DNA of 56,590 nucleotides, filler included, from Sphacelaria rigidula (GCA_964200075.2; 4 parts of 4 records of this genome joined end to end with filler, not necessarily neighbours in it); one strand, 5' to 3'; shown: positions 1 to 13,699, numbered from the whole stretch's first letter. The notes: generated from the sequence alone by a model not told the origin. Program-made: numbers and translations.

Positions 1-349
1 TTTACGGGCCACAGGATATTGTGTGGGGATAAAATGCCCCATTTTTGGGGGGGGGGGGGGGGGGGGAAGAAAAAATATGAATGTCCGAAGAATGTGAGAG
101 CAGATTCACTCGCCACCACTCCTGACAGCCTTCGGAACGTTATATCCCCAAAGTTTAGGAGATGGGGAGATTTTTGTATCCGCTCCACATTCGGGAGCTA
201 TATTCGTTTCTGTGTTCATGACAGCTATCTACGGGCTGGCCGGTCCTCGGAGTCCTGCGACTACATAGCCCCTCCTGCCCCGTCTTCCCTTTCGCTCGCA
301 ACCTGTACACGCGCGTCCGGTGCCTCGAATTCGATTTTTTTTTTCGCAG

Positions 350-3300
350 AACACGTCCGCACCTGGCAGTGGTGCGTCAGATGACAAAAAGTCGTCATCG
401 AGTTCAGGCAGTACCGCCGTGTCGGTCTCTGGGGATGAGGGGGGGGACATGGTATCTTCGTCTCCGCGGGCGGCGGGCGTTGGGGGAGAGGGCTCGATGA
501 CGGAGGTGATCAAAATGGACAAAAATGTGTTTCGTTGTTCAGGTTATTAACTTTACATAATAGTTTTGCTTCCGTATGTAAAGTTTGCTTTCATACTCCG
601 TCGTGTTGTATTTTTTTGAGGAAGGTTTTTCCATTTTTCTCGTGTGTATGGCGATTGTTAGGCTAATCGTGTCGGACCCAAGTGTGTTTATTGTCTAGCA
701 GCACTCCTGTAACGGGTCACGATTTGGATTTGGACTTCACAGTTTGTTTGTTTTTTAATCTCGCTTGTAGCTTCGTTAGGTATCGGTGAAGAAGATGATG
801 TCCGGGTTCGAAAGAGTGGGCTGGCGAACAGCTAGCCATATTTTCATGATACGAGAAATGAAGAAGTGGGCGTTACCTGCAGGCGCCGATTTCGACACAA
901 ACGCGTCCTGCGCACGCTAGGAGCACAGCTCCCATTGAAGATCCGGATATCGGTGTCAAGGCTAAAATCAAGTCGGACTAACTTTTTCGTCTCACGTGAT
1001 GGACTACACTGGAGGCACGGCAGATCTAAGGGTCAACTCTCTCCCTACCGCATACGTCACGCCGCTCACCTGTTACCCCGTGTGTTGGTGACCTTTACAC
1101 ATACATTGTGACGTACATATGCACAGATGTTGGGGCGATCACTTTGGGTTCACCTACTGGGTGTCTGTGTACTGAAACGGAAGGTGGATGCGTCGGAGGA
1201 GAGCTCCAGCCTCCCTGATATTCATACATTGACGCATGGTTATGATTTCAAGTGATGGGCGTCCTTGACAGATATGATGTGCATTTTGCCCAAGACTTAT
1301 TTTTTGGTCATATGACACTCCAAACAAGAATGATCGCCAGACACGGTCTTGATTTCTTGAAGGAATCTCGGGTTCGAGATGGTGCCTGCGCCGAGTATCG
1401 TGTACTCCTCCTGCCGACCGTGTCCGACGTGTGATTGTCGTGATGTCCGCTGGTACTGTCTCACTCTTCCCATCTCTGTTTCGTCTACGCTTCTTGTCAC
1501 TCTTGTGTTCTCTGTTGGTGATGCCGTTCAGAGCGTTTCAAAGGAGGCGTCGGCCGCCTCTGACGGGGACGGGGTGGATTCGTCTTCCTTCTCAAACCCA
1601 CCGGCGGTGAGCAAACATACTCTAGCACCCCCCCTCCCTCGTATTACCGGATCGCTTGTTTCTTCATCTAATATTCATCATCACTCAGTTTTTTTTTTCG
1701 TGTCTCAACGTTTTTCGGGGGTCATCTTGATCGTCTGAAAGGAGACAGCTCAGAGTAAAAGCAAGCACCCTAGAGTAGCGTGGTGACCGATTGCCGCGAC
1801 AGCACGCGGCGGGATGACCGATCAACATATGCTCGTGGACGCATGATGCAACTCTTTGCTGTCTTTTTTTTTCTTGTGGCCCGATGAGACACGGCCTCAT
1901 ATGCAGTGAGTAACTTGCTGCCTCGGCGGTGGTGAAGGGTAATCGAGAGTTTCCCCCAAAGATGATGGAAATATCCCGCGTTTGGTGCATTTGCCGGCCA
2001 CCAATTGAGTTTGAAATATGCCTTTGAGCTATCGTCACGATATGGGGTATCGATGGCCTGTTGTGGAGCAGTTTTAAATATCGTTGCTGGCCTCAGACTT
2101 GTGCCCGAGTCGAGCTGGTCGTCGTGCTTCGAGTTGATTTTCTGCCGTGGCTAGTATCTGACAAATATCTGTCTTCCCCCACCCCTCCCCTCCATGGATG
2201 TGATCCTCGGAGACTCACCCCTAGACACTAGGATTAAAAGATATATCTTGATGAACGTGATTGTACCAAAGCTGGCATATGCTGGTATGGGAGGGGAATG
2301 CGAAATTGGTAGATATATTGCAAACAGTACAGATGGGAGCAGCTAACGAAATACCTAGATCTGTCAGCAGAGGGTTATTTTTATTAAATAAACTCGTTTT
2401 TTGTTTTCGGCCTTCTTGCGTCTGTATTGGTATCGGAACAATTTCAGGAAGTGACCGGTCACATCTGCTCCCCTCCCCCTCCCTTCTTGCGCAGTATAAT
2501 AGTGTAGATACGTTGGCATTCCATGAAATGCGAAGCAATGTGACAACGTAGCATATCCAGCATAAAAAGTTGAAAGGCTCAACACTCAATCGAGATACTG
2601 ATTCGTTTCACTTTTTTTCTTGAGCAAGTGTTTCAAATTTGTTCACCCCCGAGGACTTGTGTCTTGCTATCCACCACGGAGTTTGCGGGGGTCTAGCTCA
2701 ATATGCGCGATAGCCAAACAGCGGAGGGATTGATTCCTCACGTTCAACATCAAAGTCAAAAGTGTCATCATCCGTGGATGGCGTTTACACGTGCACACAG
2801 AGGTTGCGGCGTGTCGAGCCGAATGCTCGTTTTGTCGTGCACAAGAGAATACAAAATGCTGCTGCTGTTTCAGAAAAAGGTCTCAGTGCTGCTCCAGAGC
2901 CTTCCTCCCCGCCAAGGGCTCCAGAAACTTGGAGACTCGAGCAGTTATACAGACAGCCGTCTTCGTTATAATCAGAAGTGATCCCTGTTTAGCCCTCCTT
3001 GCAAACACAAAGTGTTTGCAGACTGGTTCACAAAAAGAAAAAAAAACACTCATCGGCAAAACTTCGCGCGCCGTTTTGAGGAGTTATACCGTGAAATTTT
3101 GCACAACTGTGCTATGGGTCATTACGCAACTTTCCAAGGTCGAGGTTTTTCCACTTCTTGAATTTTTCACAGTTTTTTCGGGGAAACTTCGATCTAGTCG
3201 GACCCCCGTGAAACGGTGAAGAAAATAAAATAAAAAACCTCGTCCATCTAAAGTTGCGCAATGACCCATAGTACAGTTGTGCGAAATTTCAGGGTCCAAC

Positions 3301-6300
3301 TCCTTCAAACGGCGTGAAGTTTTTCGCGTTTGTGCGATGAACCCTGCCGTGCCACGATGAAACGGCAAACCACCAGATTTTAGTATTGAGAATGGCGTTA
3401 TTTCGGCCTTCTTTGACGCGAACATGAAAAAATTCAGGCACCAGTTAAACGAGTTTGGCCACAAAACTCTGTGGGGTACTTCCTTGAGTTTCGCGGCGAC
3501 AGAGCGTTCGCGAAAAAAATGAAAAAAACAAGAGACCGTAGCCCCGGTTTTCCGGGGTCCCACAGTGGACGACGTCGAAAAAACGACTTGGATCCCGTTG
3601 GACCCCCGAAAAACGTTAAAAAAAATCAAGAATTAGAAAAACCTCGTTGACGGAAACTTGCGTAATGATTCATAGCACATGAGTGCAAAGTTTCAGGATC
3701 TAACTCCTAATACATGCGTGAAGATTTGCGCATTTGTGCGAGGATATGAGCGTCAAACGTGCAAACTCTTAACTACTTGGTTTGAGTATGACAACATCTT
3801 TTAGGGTTAATTTTACGTCAAGGCAGGAAAAATTGTATGAAATGTTCGAGTTTCTCCACCAAACTTCGTACGTGTCTTCCCCGGACCATCCCGGGACGCA
3901 TCATATCATTTTTCTCTTGAATTCTGTACCGCCTTCCGGAGGTCTTTCTACTGGGACCCCCGGAAGCCGGTAGAGAACGGAGAAACCTTGAACCCTTGCC
4001 AAAAACACACTTTTCTTATCAAGAGCGTCAACACCTACGGAATTCCAAGTTTGAGGATGATCTGAGCTTCTCTTCAAAAGAAAAAAGGAAAATCGTCACG
4101 AGGCTCCCTGGGTCTTTCCTGCGTATCATGTGTGGAACTTGGACGACGCCAAACTCCACATCACCGAAACATTACGGTTTCGGGTATAATTCGACCCCGT
4201 TGGAACCGTTTTCAAATCCGTCTCCCTCGTTAGATCCTTGAGGTGATAACGGTAACTACGATTTGAAGCATGTGGAGATTGGGTGAAAATTGGGCTTGGA
4301 ATTCGTGTTGTCAATTTCGGAACAGTTTGAAAGGCACTGATTGATCGAGACACATTTTTGTCCACAGCGCCACCGCTACAGCCTTGAAAAAAAATCCGGC
4401 TATGTCACCCTCTTCGTCTTTTCATTGCGGTCAGTGTGACACCATACATGCAACTATTGGGTGCGTATTGCAGAAGGCATTTGCAGATGACAGATTTTTT
4501 TTTTTTCCGTGAACCAGCCTGTACGCATTCAACAATCATCCTTCACCCTGTTGTCAAGATCCAAAGTGATATCCGCATGCCACTGTACTCCTCAGGCAAG
4601 AGGTTCTACTGCACTTTCTTGATAGTGTGCAAGGAAATACTCAAGACGACCTCTGTACCATCATCGCATACAATTTTTGACGCATTACAGGAGATGAGAT
4701 CTGCCGCTGCTCGAGCCGTGTAATGACCGTTGCAAGGGTAGGATGAATGATGATTCGTCTGGAAATCACTTGGTTTTAATATGGTTGATTCGAATCGTAC
4801 GAATCAATCCCTAGGATTTGTTTTCAGCGTTGCAACCCAGGTACACGCAGCCCGGACACGTGGAATGGCGCAAAAGTTGCGTGGATACCCCCTTGGACCA
4901 GCCGTCAACTTTTTTCTCCATTTTGGGCAATCAGGCCGAAAAAATCGTGGATTTGCTGATTCGTAGTCGTGATGATTCGTCCTAACCGTGGAACGTTGGG
5001 TGTCGTGTTTCCTTTGCCGCTGTCATCGTACATGTGTGCCGAAATGGTGAATGCGTGGTCGCTCACATGTGTACCACGCTGTGTTCTTGTGCAGGCGGCA
5101 GAGGTACAGGAGGAAAGTGCTAGCGTGCCAAGTTGGGGAGGGAAGAAGTCCTTCCTAGATGTGAGTGTGCATGGGGTAAGGGGTAAATGAGTTGGGAAAG
5201 TTGGCCTTATTTTTTTTCAAGAGTATTTTCGCTTGCCACTCCTCGTCACCGTGAACTTGTGTTTTGAAAAAAATAGGGATCGGGAGATACTAGTATCCGC
5301 TCCAATCGTAATCGTACTTGGTGGGAAAAAAACACTTATCAAAATGAAACGACTTGGGGGCTAAGAGCTCCATATTTTTCCTCATCGAGTATGTCTGCGT
5401 GATCAAATCGATCCTGATCGTCACGGTGAACTTGTGTAGTGGACCATTTTTCTTTCAAGATTCGAGCTAGTCAACGCGCTAGAGCCGAACGGCCGTGATC
5501 AAAGTAGGTTTAACGGCACTTCCGCGCGGTAGAGGGTTCATTCTCCGAATAGGCACGGCAATACATGACAGGGAGTTGTGCGTTGAACACGACCTGCCTC
5601 TTTCACCAGTGTGTACCGACTGTATGGAGCACTTGCGAGTTCTGATGACAATTATCTTGCCGAAAAAAATCCTGATTGCGTGATTCCCTCTCTCAGAGGC
5701 ACCCTTTGCTGCAGTAGTGTGGTTGCAGTGTTTCCGGGGGTGGGGAGACAAGAAGAAGGCGGTGGATATTTTCTTGCACATTTTGGCACCCGAAGTAGCA
5801 TGGCTGTGAGTAAATCGCGTACACAGCGCAGGCGGTAAACCCCGAAGTACGCTGATCCCACGTCTCCATCGCGTCTAAGCTCGATGCGCTAGCGTGTTGA
5901 GCGACTACTGTTGTCGCCGACTGAGTCGGCTCACACAAAATAGTGCAAGGATCGGACGAGTCATCGCTTGCTCGAATCAACAAATCTGTAATTTTTTAGG
6001 CCTGGCCGCTCCAAAGAGGAGAAAGAAAAAGTTGACCGCGGACTAAAAATAAAGACATACCACATATTTACGCACATCTTGCTGTGTTTCACCCGTGCCT
6101 GGGGTGCGCGTACCTTGGGTGTCACGCTGAAACAAAAGCCCAGGGATCTATTGGTTCGGTACGAATCAATTATACTAAATAAGCAAGTCATTTTCAGATC
6201 AATCGTCTTTCGTCCGATCCTTGCAATAGTTGCGTGATGACTTGAAATGAGACCCGAGTGTCCGTCCGGCCAGCCATATATATATTATATACAAAAATGA

Positions 6301-6791
6301 ACGCAGGAGAGGTAGATAGCAGAAGCCACTTTTTAGACTTTTCGCTACACGGCTTTACTCGGCGCAGACGTCGGCGCCTGTTGACGTCACCCTCTCTGCA
6401 CACGCTTCCACCGCGTAGAAAAGCCATTGGATTCTGACCTACCCGTCTCCCCCTCCCCTCCCCTCTCCTCCCCTGTTGGGGCATTCAGGTGGTGAAAGCA
6501 CCGGGCAACCCACCACCGCCTCCCTCCGTGGTGCCCAGCAACAAACCGGCTCTGCAGTCCACCAACAAGAGGGCGGAGAGCTTGAAGTCGCCAGGGCGAC
6601 GGCCACGCTCTGACAGGGACGGCAACCCCCGCTCGCCCATAAGGTCGGGGGGCGGCAGGGGGGGAGACCGAGACAGGGACAACAAGGGTCGCAATCATCA
6701 CCATCACCACAACGAGGGTTCTCGCGTTCCCAACGGTCGTGCGGGGGGTGCCGATCGCGGGGGTGGTAGGGAGAAAGGCACTTGGGCGTGA
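350..6791 (+). CDS. 3' exons of an unidentified intron-containing gene (low-complexity Ser/Gly/Arg-rich C-terminus), 5'-partial
   Basis: Four putative phase-0 exons with pyrimidine-tract+CAG acceptors and GT donors: 350-505 (NTSAPGSGASDDKK...SMTE|GTGATC), 1532-1606 (SVSKEASAASDGDG...NPPA|GTGAGC), 5095-5160 (AAEVQEESASVPSWGGKKSFLD|GTGAGT) and terminal exon 6489-6791 (VVKAPGNPPPPP...EKGTWA-stop). They splice in frame. No recognisable domain; extra exons may be missed. Confidence 0.6.
2194..2360 (+). mobile_element. Short LINE (non-LTR retrotransposon) ORF2 fragment
   Basis: Sequence ATGGATGTGATCCTCGGAGACTCACCCCTAGACACTAGGATTAAAAGATATATCTTGATGAACGTGATTGTACCAAAGCTGG aligns by eye to ~45326-45495 of the LINE in contig 4 (MDVILRDSHLDTGIERYILMNVIVPKLEYAG). 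Confidence 0.75.
3055..3741. repeat. Three diverged copies of a ~100-bp unit (one inverted, two direct); probable non-autonomous DNA transposon with sub-terminal repeats
   Basis: ~3238-3337 (CCTCGTCCATCTAAAGTTGCGCAATGACCCATAGTACAGTTGTGCGAAATTTCAGG...) and ~3642-3741 (CCTCGTTGACGGAAACTTGCGTAATGATTCATAGCACATGAGTGCAAAGTTTCAGG...) are direct copies. ~3055-3145 is the reverse complement. Confidence 0.6.
4730..4995. mobile_element. Diverged MITE copy (same family as 5944-6225, opposite orientation)
   Basis: Aligns over ~270 bp to the reverse complement of 5944-6225. The ORF track echoes this: RTNQSLGFVFSVATQV (+) versus RTNRSLGFCFSVTPKV (-). Confidence 0.7.
5944..6225. mobile_element. MITE with terminal inverted repeats, possibly hAT-type
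   Basis: TIR TGCAAGGATCGGACGA at 5944 and TCGTCCGATCCTTGCA ending 6225. If the TIR starts at CAAGG, the 8-bp flanks AAATAGTG / CAATAGTT match 6/8, like a decayed hAT target-site duplication. Confidence 0.75.
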
Positions 6792-9700
6792 AGGGGCTTA
6801 GAGGGGAGGGGGGTACCCCCCCGGGCCGGGGGGGGAAGGGGGAGAACGACGTAGGGGCATGTTGGGGGCGGGAGGGGGGGCGTTGCCAACCTTAGCGTGG
6901 TGGTGAGATATGGGTGAAGGTTGTGGCGTTGAGCGAGCGATTGTTTTGATTGGAGTATATCGAGGGCAGGAAATGACATGGGCGTTCCTCGTCCCTTTGT
7001 TTTTTTTTGCCATCGAGTCGTAAGTGTGGGTGCGTCTTGCCCTCCGGGTCCCGTTCTGTTTTTTGTCGCAGCAGCTATGGCGGCGCGAGAGAGACGAAGG
7101 GGGTTGAATGTATTGGCAGGGGGCAGGGGAGAGGGCATACAGCGACAGAGAAGGTGCCCGCGTTGGGTACCTTGTACCTACGTGCTGCTCTTGACGTTCG
7201 GGTTATCTTTTCCCGGAAGAATGTTGAGGTCTGGGTGTGTTGAGCTGGATGGTTCGTTTGCTGTTTCTGTTGTTTCTGTATGTCGTCTTATCCTCTTTCA
7301 TCGCGTGGTATTGGGTTCGATATCTTCCTCCCATCCCACCCCCCGCGTCTTGTGTTCTGTAGTCTTAGTTCTTGCGGTGTTTAATGCGCTTGGAGTTGCC
7401 CCCCCCCCCCTGCTCAAGCCCGAATTCACTTGTGTTGGTCAACAGATCAGAAGCATAACCTACGCCCAGGTTGCCTTTCCCCCTATTTTATGTCTCTCTC
7501 CTGCGTCTCCCGTATATCACCAAACGTTTCGGTGCTGAAACAAGAAGATATGGTGCTCACGCAATTTTCGTTTTCATGCTCACCCACGTTAGCTAAGACA
7601 CTAGGATGAAACGTCACGGGAAAATGAAGAAACAAAAGCGGAGGGGCAAGTGGGTGGGGTAGACGGGGCTCATACGTGTGGTGGGTGCAAAATCAAAGTA
7701 ATTGATGGCGCTCAGAGTTGTGACCGATGACAAACAACCATGTAGAGTTTTTTTCAGGATGGAGCCCTGGTGCCGAAGTTCAGCTCAGTTTCAGTTCTTC
7801 TGGTGACTGCTGCGTTGAGCGTTTTTTTTCTTGCTCCTCCTCTTTTCATGTCTTCTCTTGTTTTTTTTTTGTACTACTTTATACGGTGGCGTTTTATCGT
7901 TTTGTTTCCGTAGTAGGAGAACGAGGCGTCATTGTAGAGCGTAGGACGGGTGATGGGGGGTGGAGATTCGAAGAGCGAGGTTGGCCAGGGTTTCGATATT
8001 TCTGCTTTATGTGGTTGTTCGTTTTCTTTTTCGACACGATCTGGAAAATAAGAAACGATAGAAAGAGAGTTTTTAAAAAAATGAGGACGGAAGAACAAAA
8101 GACGAGATGAATCTCGTGCCGGATTGAAGAAAAAAACATGTCAAGGTGAAGACACACTGAGCATCCTTCTCCTCCTGCCCTTCCCTCAGCTTTGCGTTTG
8201 GTGCTGTCACGTCGAGGATAGGTTGCGGGCCGTTTTCTTTGGTTTGGGGAGGGAGAAAGAACTACGTGGTTGGTTTGGCGCTGCTTCACAAATGCGGGTC
8301 GAGTGCGATCTATTTAGACACTCGGCTGATCATCGCCCCCATGTTTCAGCCTGCTGCCCCTGTTGCCACAGCGGGGTTGTCGGGAGAGCAGAAGCTCTGA
8401 TTTCCATCCAAGGGGTACATGTGCGGCAAGGCCGTTCGAGAAACAACGCGGTGAAATCGAGAGTAGACCGGCGTTCTACTGGACGAAGCGGCTATGGTGG
8501 GGGAGTAGCAGGCTTGGAAGGTTCACGGATCTGGACTCGTGAACAATCAAGAGAGGGGACTGTTCGAAAAGCACGGTATCGTGTGACGATGATGGTGATG
8601 GGGGTGTACGGTGTGTACGCATGTAAGCTCGACGATGCCTTTAGGTGTGATAGCTGCTAGGCTCTTGGTGCGCATCGGTCCACGGTCATGGTTTGGACAT
8701 GGGAGAGAAGGACCTCACCAGAGAGTCGGAAGCGGCGTGGCATGTGTGTTGTGCGAGGTATTGAGGAGAGACGGGAGGGAGCGGGGGGAAGGAGGCGTAA
8801 TCTATGCCGGGGGCGTGGCGTGAGTGCAATATATGGTGGCGAGCGTAGTGTCGGCCTGGCTACCTTCCGGCGGGTCTGCTGGTGTGGATGATAAACCCAG
8901 GACGCGATATTTCTTGGTTGTTCCTGTTGTATGCTTTGATTGTACCGCTGGTATGTTCGTCTGCCGGCACGCGTACCGCAATAAATAGCTTTGCTTGCGT
9001 GCTGGGTTCATGGAGCCACATCGTGTTTTTCTTCTGTTCTTTTTCTTGTCTGGAAGTAGCGGTCGATGCCTTGGATCAGGAGGCTAAACGTGGGAGAAAT
9101 GTGTGTCTGTGTGTGTTGTGTATTTTGGGGTGTGTGTGGATGAGTTTAACGGTCGTGCGTGTTGGTTTCATGGTTCGCGGGAAGTTATAGTGCTTTCATC
9201 TGTCGCCTTCTCTGATGATGGTGGTGACCTTTCTCCACCCTAACATGAGGCGCTTGCGCGCAGAGGTTGAGCGTTGGTCCTTGAAACGATGTCCATGCTG
9301 ACTGCTGCTCGTGTGGTGTCGTAGCGGCAAATTGGTCTTTGTCTCTGGTCCTCGCTTGGACTTGAGTGTATTCGAAAGTACACCGCGGTTGCTGAAGGAT
9401 TGTGGCGGAGTTGGCTACGGCGGCGTAGCGCAAGAGCTTTCTGATACACGACTTCTCCAAATCACACGTGAAAGAATTCATTGGGCAGCGCTGTGCTTTG
9501 GTCATCGTAGGTTAACGCTGTCGTGGAGGTGTATGTTGCCCTTCCGGCATGACTGATCGTCACCATTAGTTGCCTTCAACGTTGCGAGCTGAAGATCTTG
9601 GAACGAGGGGGAGCTCGAAGTCGTGCTGTTGGCCTTGCGTTTCGTCTTGTTCCCGACTTCGGTTGACTCAGCTTCGCTGTCCTAGATCGGGCATCAGCTC

Positions 9701-9841
9701 TGAAGGGGTGTGTAATAGGGGCCGTACGTGACTTGATTGACCTCAGTATACCGCACGCACTGGCGTTTTTTTTTTGCTGTGCTTCCTTTTTGTAGTCGTG
9801 CTTCAGTGGGAGGTTTCAAACTCCCCGTGAATCGTTCGCCT

Positions 9842-9865
9842 CTGCTGCTGCTGCTGCTGCTGCTG
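9842..9865. repeat. (CTG)8 microsatellite
   Basis: Read directly from sequence. Confidence 0.95.
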
Positions 9866-12792
9866 CTTCTGTTTTCTCTTTATTTGTGCCGTTATCTTTA
9901 TCGTCGTGAAATTCGTGACTGGTGTTTTTTTTTTATCTGCTACTTCTTCAACATGGAGAGATGATTTATTTTATTTTCATCGTCCCTGATGGGGGGTTTT
10001 CTTTCGGCGAAGGACACGGAGGGTGGGGGTGTCATTCTTCGTGTATGTGAAACATATAACCTGCTTCCTCGTCCAACGTGTACTGGGTGACTCAACGAAG
10101 AAAAGCGTTTTGTGATTTATTATGGAAAGGTTCTCCACAGTAGCAGTAGAAGTAGAGGCGGGTAGTGCCCTGTGTTTTAAAAGTGTGCCACTTGATTCCC
10201 AACTAGAAGCGCTTTGATACCTCAACCCCTGTTCTCCCCTCCTCCCAACAGGTGATGGTCACTGCGACGATGCTTGGACGGGGTGGGGGGAAGCAGGAAA
10301 AGGGTGCAGGAAACCCAAGTATTTCACGCACACAAATTGTGCTGGAATCAACAAGTCGATTCCTCGATCACGGGTGTTCCCACACCTCTTTTTTGACGAG
10401 AGAGACGTACACCGTCGCCGTGTGTTGGGTGGCATCCATCGCCTGGGGCTCGATTGTCTAGTCCCCTCGACAGAAGGGTTGGGTACACGTTTTCTTGAAC
10501 AGACAAGCAGCGACACCACGTTTTCTGTATTATTTGAAAGAAATCTGGCAAGTTGTTCGCTGCCTGCTGTTTGCCGTGGTCAGCAATCAGTATACAGCGA
10601 AGGAAAGGTAGGCGGCGGGGGGGTGATGGCCGCCTCAATCTCCTGCCACGGTTGGCCACGAATCAAGCTTACAATTTCCCGTGTCTCCTGTTGTCTTTTA
10701 TCCCTTTTTCAGGGCTCGATTTTTTGTCTAACCGTTGTGCGCGCCTGCGCTTTGCTTTGTCTTGGCCGAGGAGAGGCGCGTTGCTTGCTATACAGTGGCA
10801 GCAGCAACCTGAGGCGGGGCGTGTCTGTATCCGTTTCCGTTTTGTACTGTGATGTCTCTCGAGAGAGTGAGTGAAGGAACGAGACTGCGAAAAAAGGAGA
10901 TGAAGAGTGCCGATTGGACATGGCGTAAATGTTGTCCTATAAGCATATAGTTTTTCCATTTCAGGAGGCGTTTTTTCCCCCTCCGTTACTTGCATTGCAT
11001 GTGTGCAGTTTCTCTTTTTGTATTCTCGTGGTTAGGATCACTTCAATTATTACTACTACAAAAGGTTCCCGCGCGATAGCTATAATATTGATATATACTG
11101 AAGTCTGTGTGCGTATACGGTTGTTCTTGGAGAGGGTGGTTTCGTCACACTCACACCGTGAGCAGGAATTCCACGAAAAATACACATACTGAGAAAATTG
11201 AGAGAAAAACATAGAAACACGTGCTTGTCCATGGTGCGATGTTCCTAATCGCGAAATGTGCTATGCTTTTTCGGCAGCGCGGGAAGACAAGAATGACGAG
11301 AGGCGGTGGCCACCTTCGGTTGGCGTTGTGTAGTGATGCTCTCTGCCTCCCCGTTTTTTCGAGCCTGGTACAGTGCCACTGGCACCCCCGACACTGTCTT
11401 CTTTGAAAGGCTACACACTTTAGCCGAGCTGGGCTGTTTCTGACTGAAATATTGATTCGTTGTATTTATCTCCCCCCACCCCCCCTGCCCCCTCCCCTTT
11501 CTTTAAGGTGCTTCTCGAAAGGTACGTCAGGATGGTAGTGCGATGAAGCGAAGGTGAATGGGTGCGGGAGATAAGATTGGAGGCTGTTTCTGTTTTTTCA
11601 CCGTTTCGTGTGTTGCAGTTTTGCTGCGTGCATTTATTCTACTATACAATGAAAGTTTGTGTAAGTCGGGTTTCAAGAGACTTGCATGTGTCTCTCCTGC
11701 GTTGCATGCTTTTCTTATCATGATGCATTTCGCCCATACGTTGCTTCTCGCCTCCTTTTTTTCTGTGCGTTATTCTTGCTGTGTGTTGCTGCCTTGCGAA
11801 GTTTGGCTGTGTGTCGGCGGGGGGGGGAGGAAGGGAGGGGGGCGATTTGTGACCAGTGCGTGGATGCACACCACACCAACAGGCTTGGTTCGTTTCTTGT
11901 ACCGCTATCCATGTTGGCAGCCACCCACTCTTTGAGGCAATGCTGGGCTATGACTTCCGTGGATACATGAAGAAAACGGTTTGCTGTGCTTTTTTGGAAG
12001 CCCTGATTTTGCTGTCTCCAACACGCGCATTGCCCATCGTTTTGCGGTTTGTGGCGATTTGCTCGAACAACGTGTGTAATATTATGCTTGATGGGGGACA
12101 GGGGCTGAGGGAGGAGGGGGAAGGGGTGCTCCCAATCCCCTGTAAACGGAGATGGAAAGAGGAGGGGGGGAATACAAGGACTAGATGCTTTTCTCGACAG
12201 GTGTGTGCGTGTGTGTGTAGGACGGGCTGTGACTCGGGTAATACCGTACTAGAGCAGTTGCAAAAAAATTAACAATCAAAATGAAACGCGAATGAAATCT
12301 ATGAGTAGAGGTTTTTCTCCCTGGATAATGAAGTCATGGAAGATGAATAAATGAAATGGCTCGTTAGAGGAGCCACGCACGAGAGCAAGCAAGCTTAGCT
12401 GGACCAAGATTGAGGCGTTACGTATGTGTTCATCGTAGTGTTGACGGTGATGATTGGTGCACATCATATCCGGCGCACCCCAAGAGAACAGCGGTTGTTC
12501 GGCGGGAAAGAGTACAGATGTCGACGCATATACGCCGCGAACGGTGTGCAGAACCAGCAGCTGTCCTTGATTATTATCATGAATGGCATGGTCGGTTATT
12601 TTCGTGGTAAACTGTTCCACGTTCCACTTTGGCTTTTGTGTCGGATGAGAGGGCAAAATAGGTGGGTTTAGGAGACGGGGAGAAGTGAGTGTGGAGGGGG
12701 AGGGGGGGGGGACGTACTCATATGTTGCTTGAAGTGAGTGGGATGAAGGTAGAACTGTCGTTGTCAAATTGTTGAAGTCAACACCCTAGTCG

Positions 12793-12815
12793 ATATATAT
12801 ATATATATATATATA
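12793..12815. repeat. (AT)n microsatellite
   Basis: Read directly from sequence. Confidence 0.95.
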
Positions 12816-12956
12816 CACATCTAGTGAAAACACGTACGATTATCATTATGTTGTGTGTTGTGTAGATGGTTTAGTTCAATCAGTTTTTTCACGGTTTTGC
12901 AGTCACCCCTAGCACAGAGAAGGAAGCGAATGGTGGCTTGCTGTCTTTTTCTGCAG

Positions 12957-13699
12957 AGTCAGGATGTTAGCAAACTTGTGTTGTGCCATTGTCGACACTA
13001 CTCTTGTGCACTGACGCGCCTCAAGGGCACGAGGAAATGCACGACTGCTTCGCATACCTCATTGCTGACAGCAGCTATAGGTAGGAGGCATGCGCCTGTT
13101 GTCCTACTTCGCCCACATGGACATCGTTTGCGTACCCATCTACAATGATTCCTTCCTGTTTCTGCGAACCTTTGCAACTAGTATCTTATCAAGCAGTGCT
13201 CAACGTTCGGCACAAATCATGCATACGGATACATGGTGGTGGACAACATTTTGCACGGATTGACTCTATACTGTGTGGTACTGGGATGCGAGGCCGCTAG
13301 TGTACGGATTCATGAAACAAAATATGCACAAACCCGGTATCAATCAGCTGTTCGTGATGTGTTTTCCAAGCTACCTGATCAAGTACTCATGGGAGGATCA
13401 TACACTTCTTCCTGTCTACAGAAATGGCGAAAATCAATTTCGGCAAAACCCGGATTTGAAGTAGGCAGGAGTGCCCCAAAACAAAAATGCGAGGCCCTAT
13501 GCCGATTTTTTCAATCCTAGGTGTTTTCGGGGGGTTACTAAATCCCATACATGAAGAATACATGAAAAATAAAAAAAGAAGAAAAAATCGTGCTAATGAA
13601 GCTTTTATTGTTCGCATACCTTCGGAGCCAAGGCCAAGTAATATTAATAAGTTTCGGCACTACATTGCACGCGAACTTTTGTTCAGCGGCCAATCTTGA
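12957..13699 (+). pseudogene. Possible decayed piggyBac-like transposase C-terminal fragment
   Basis: Fragments HYSCALTRLKGTRKCTTASHTSLLTAAI (12957-13080, flanked by CAG and GT), NHAYGYM and FRHYIARELLF resemble, in the right order, the piggyBac C-terminal pattern YS...R.T.KW...F..LL..AI.NAY.L ... FR..LA..L. The resemblance is weak and frames are broken. Confidence 0.35.

Noticed and set aside
6800-12780. Many short ORFs downstream of the contig-1 gene
   Set aside because: No motifs or consistent splice structure; the composition fits a long 3' UTR or intergenic DNA.
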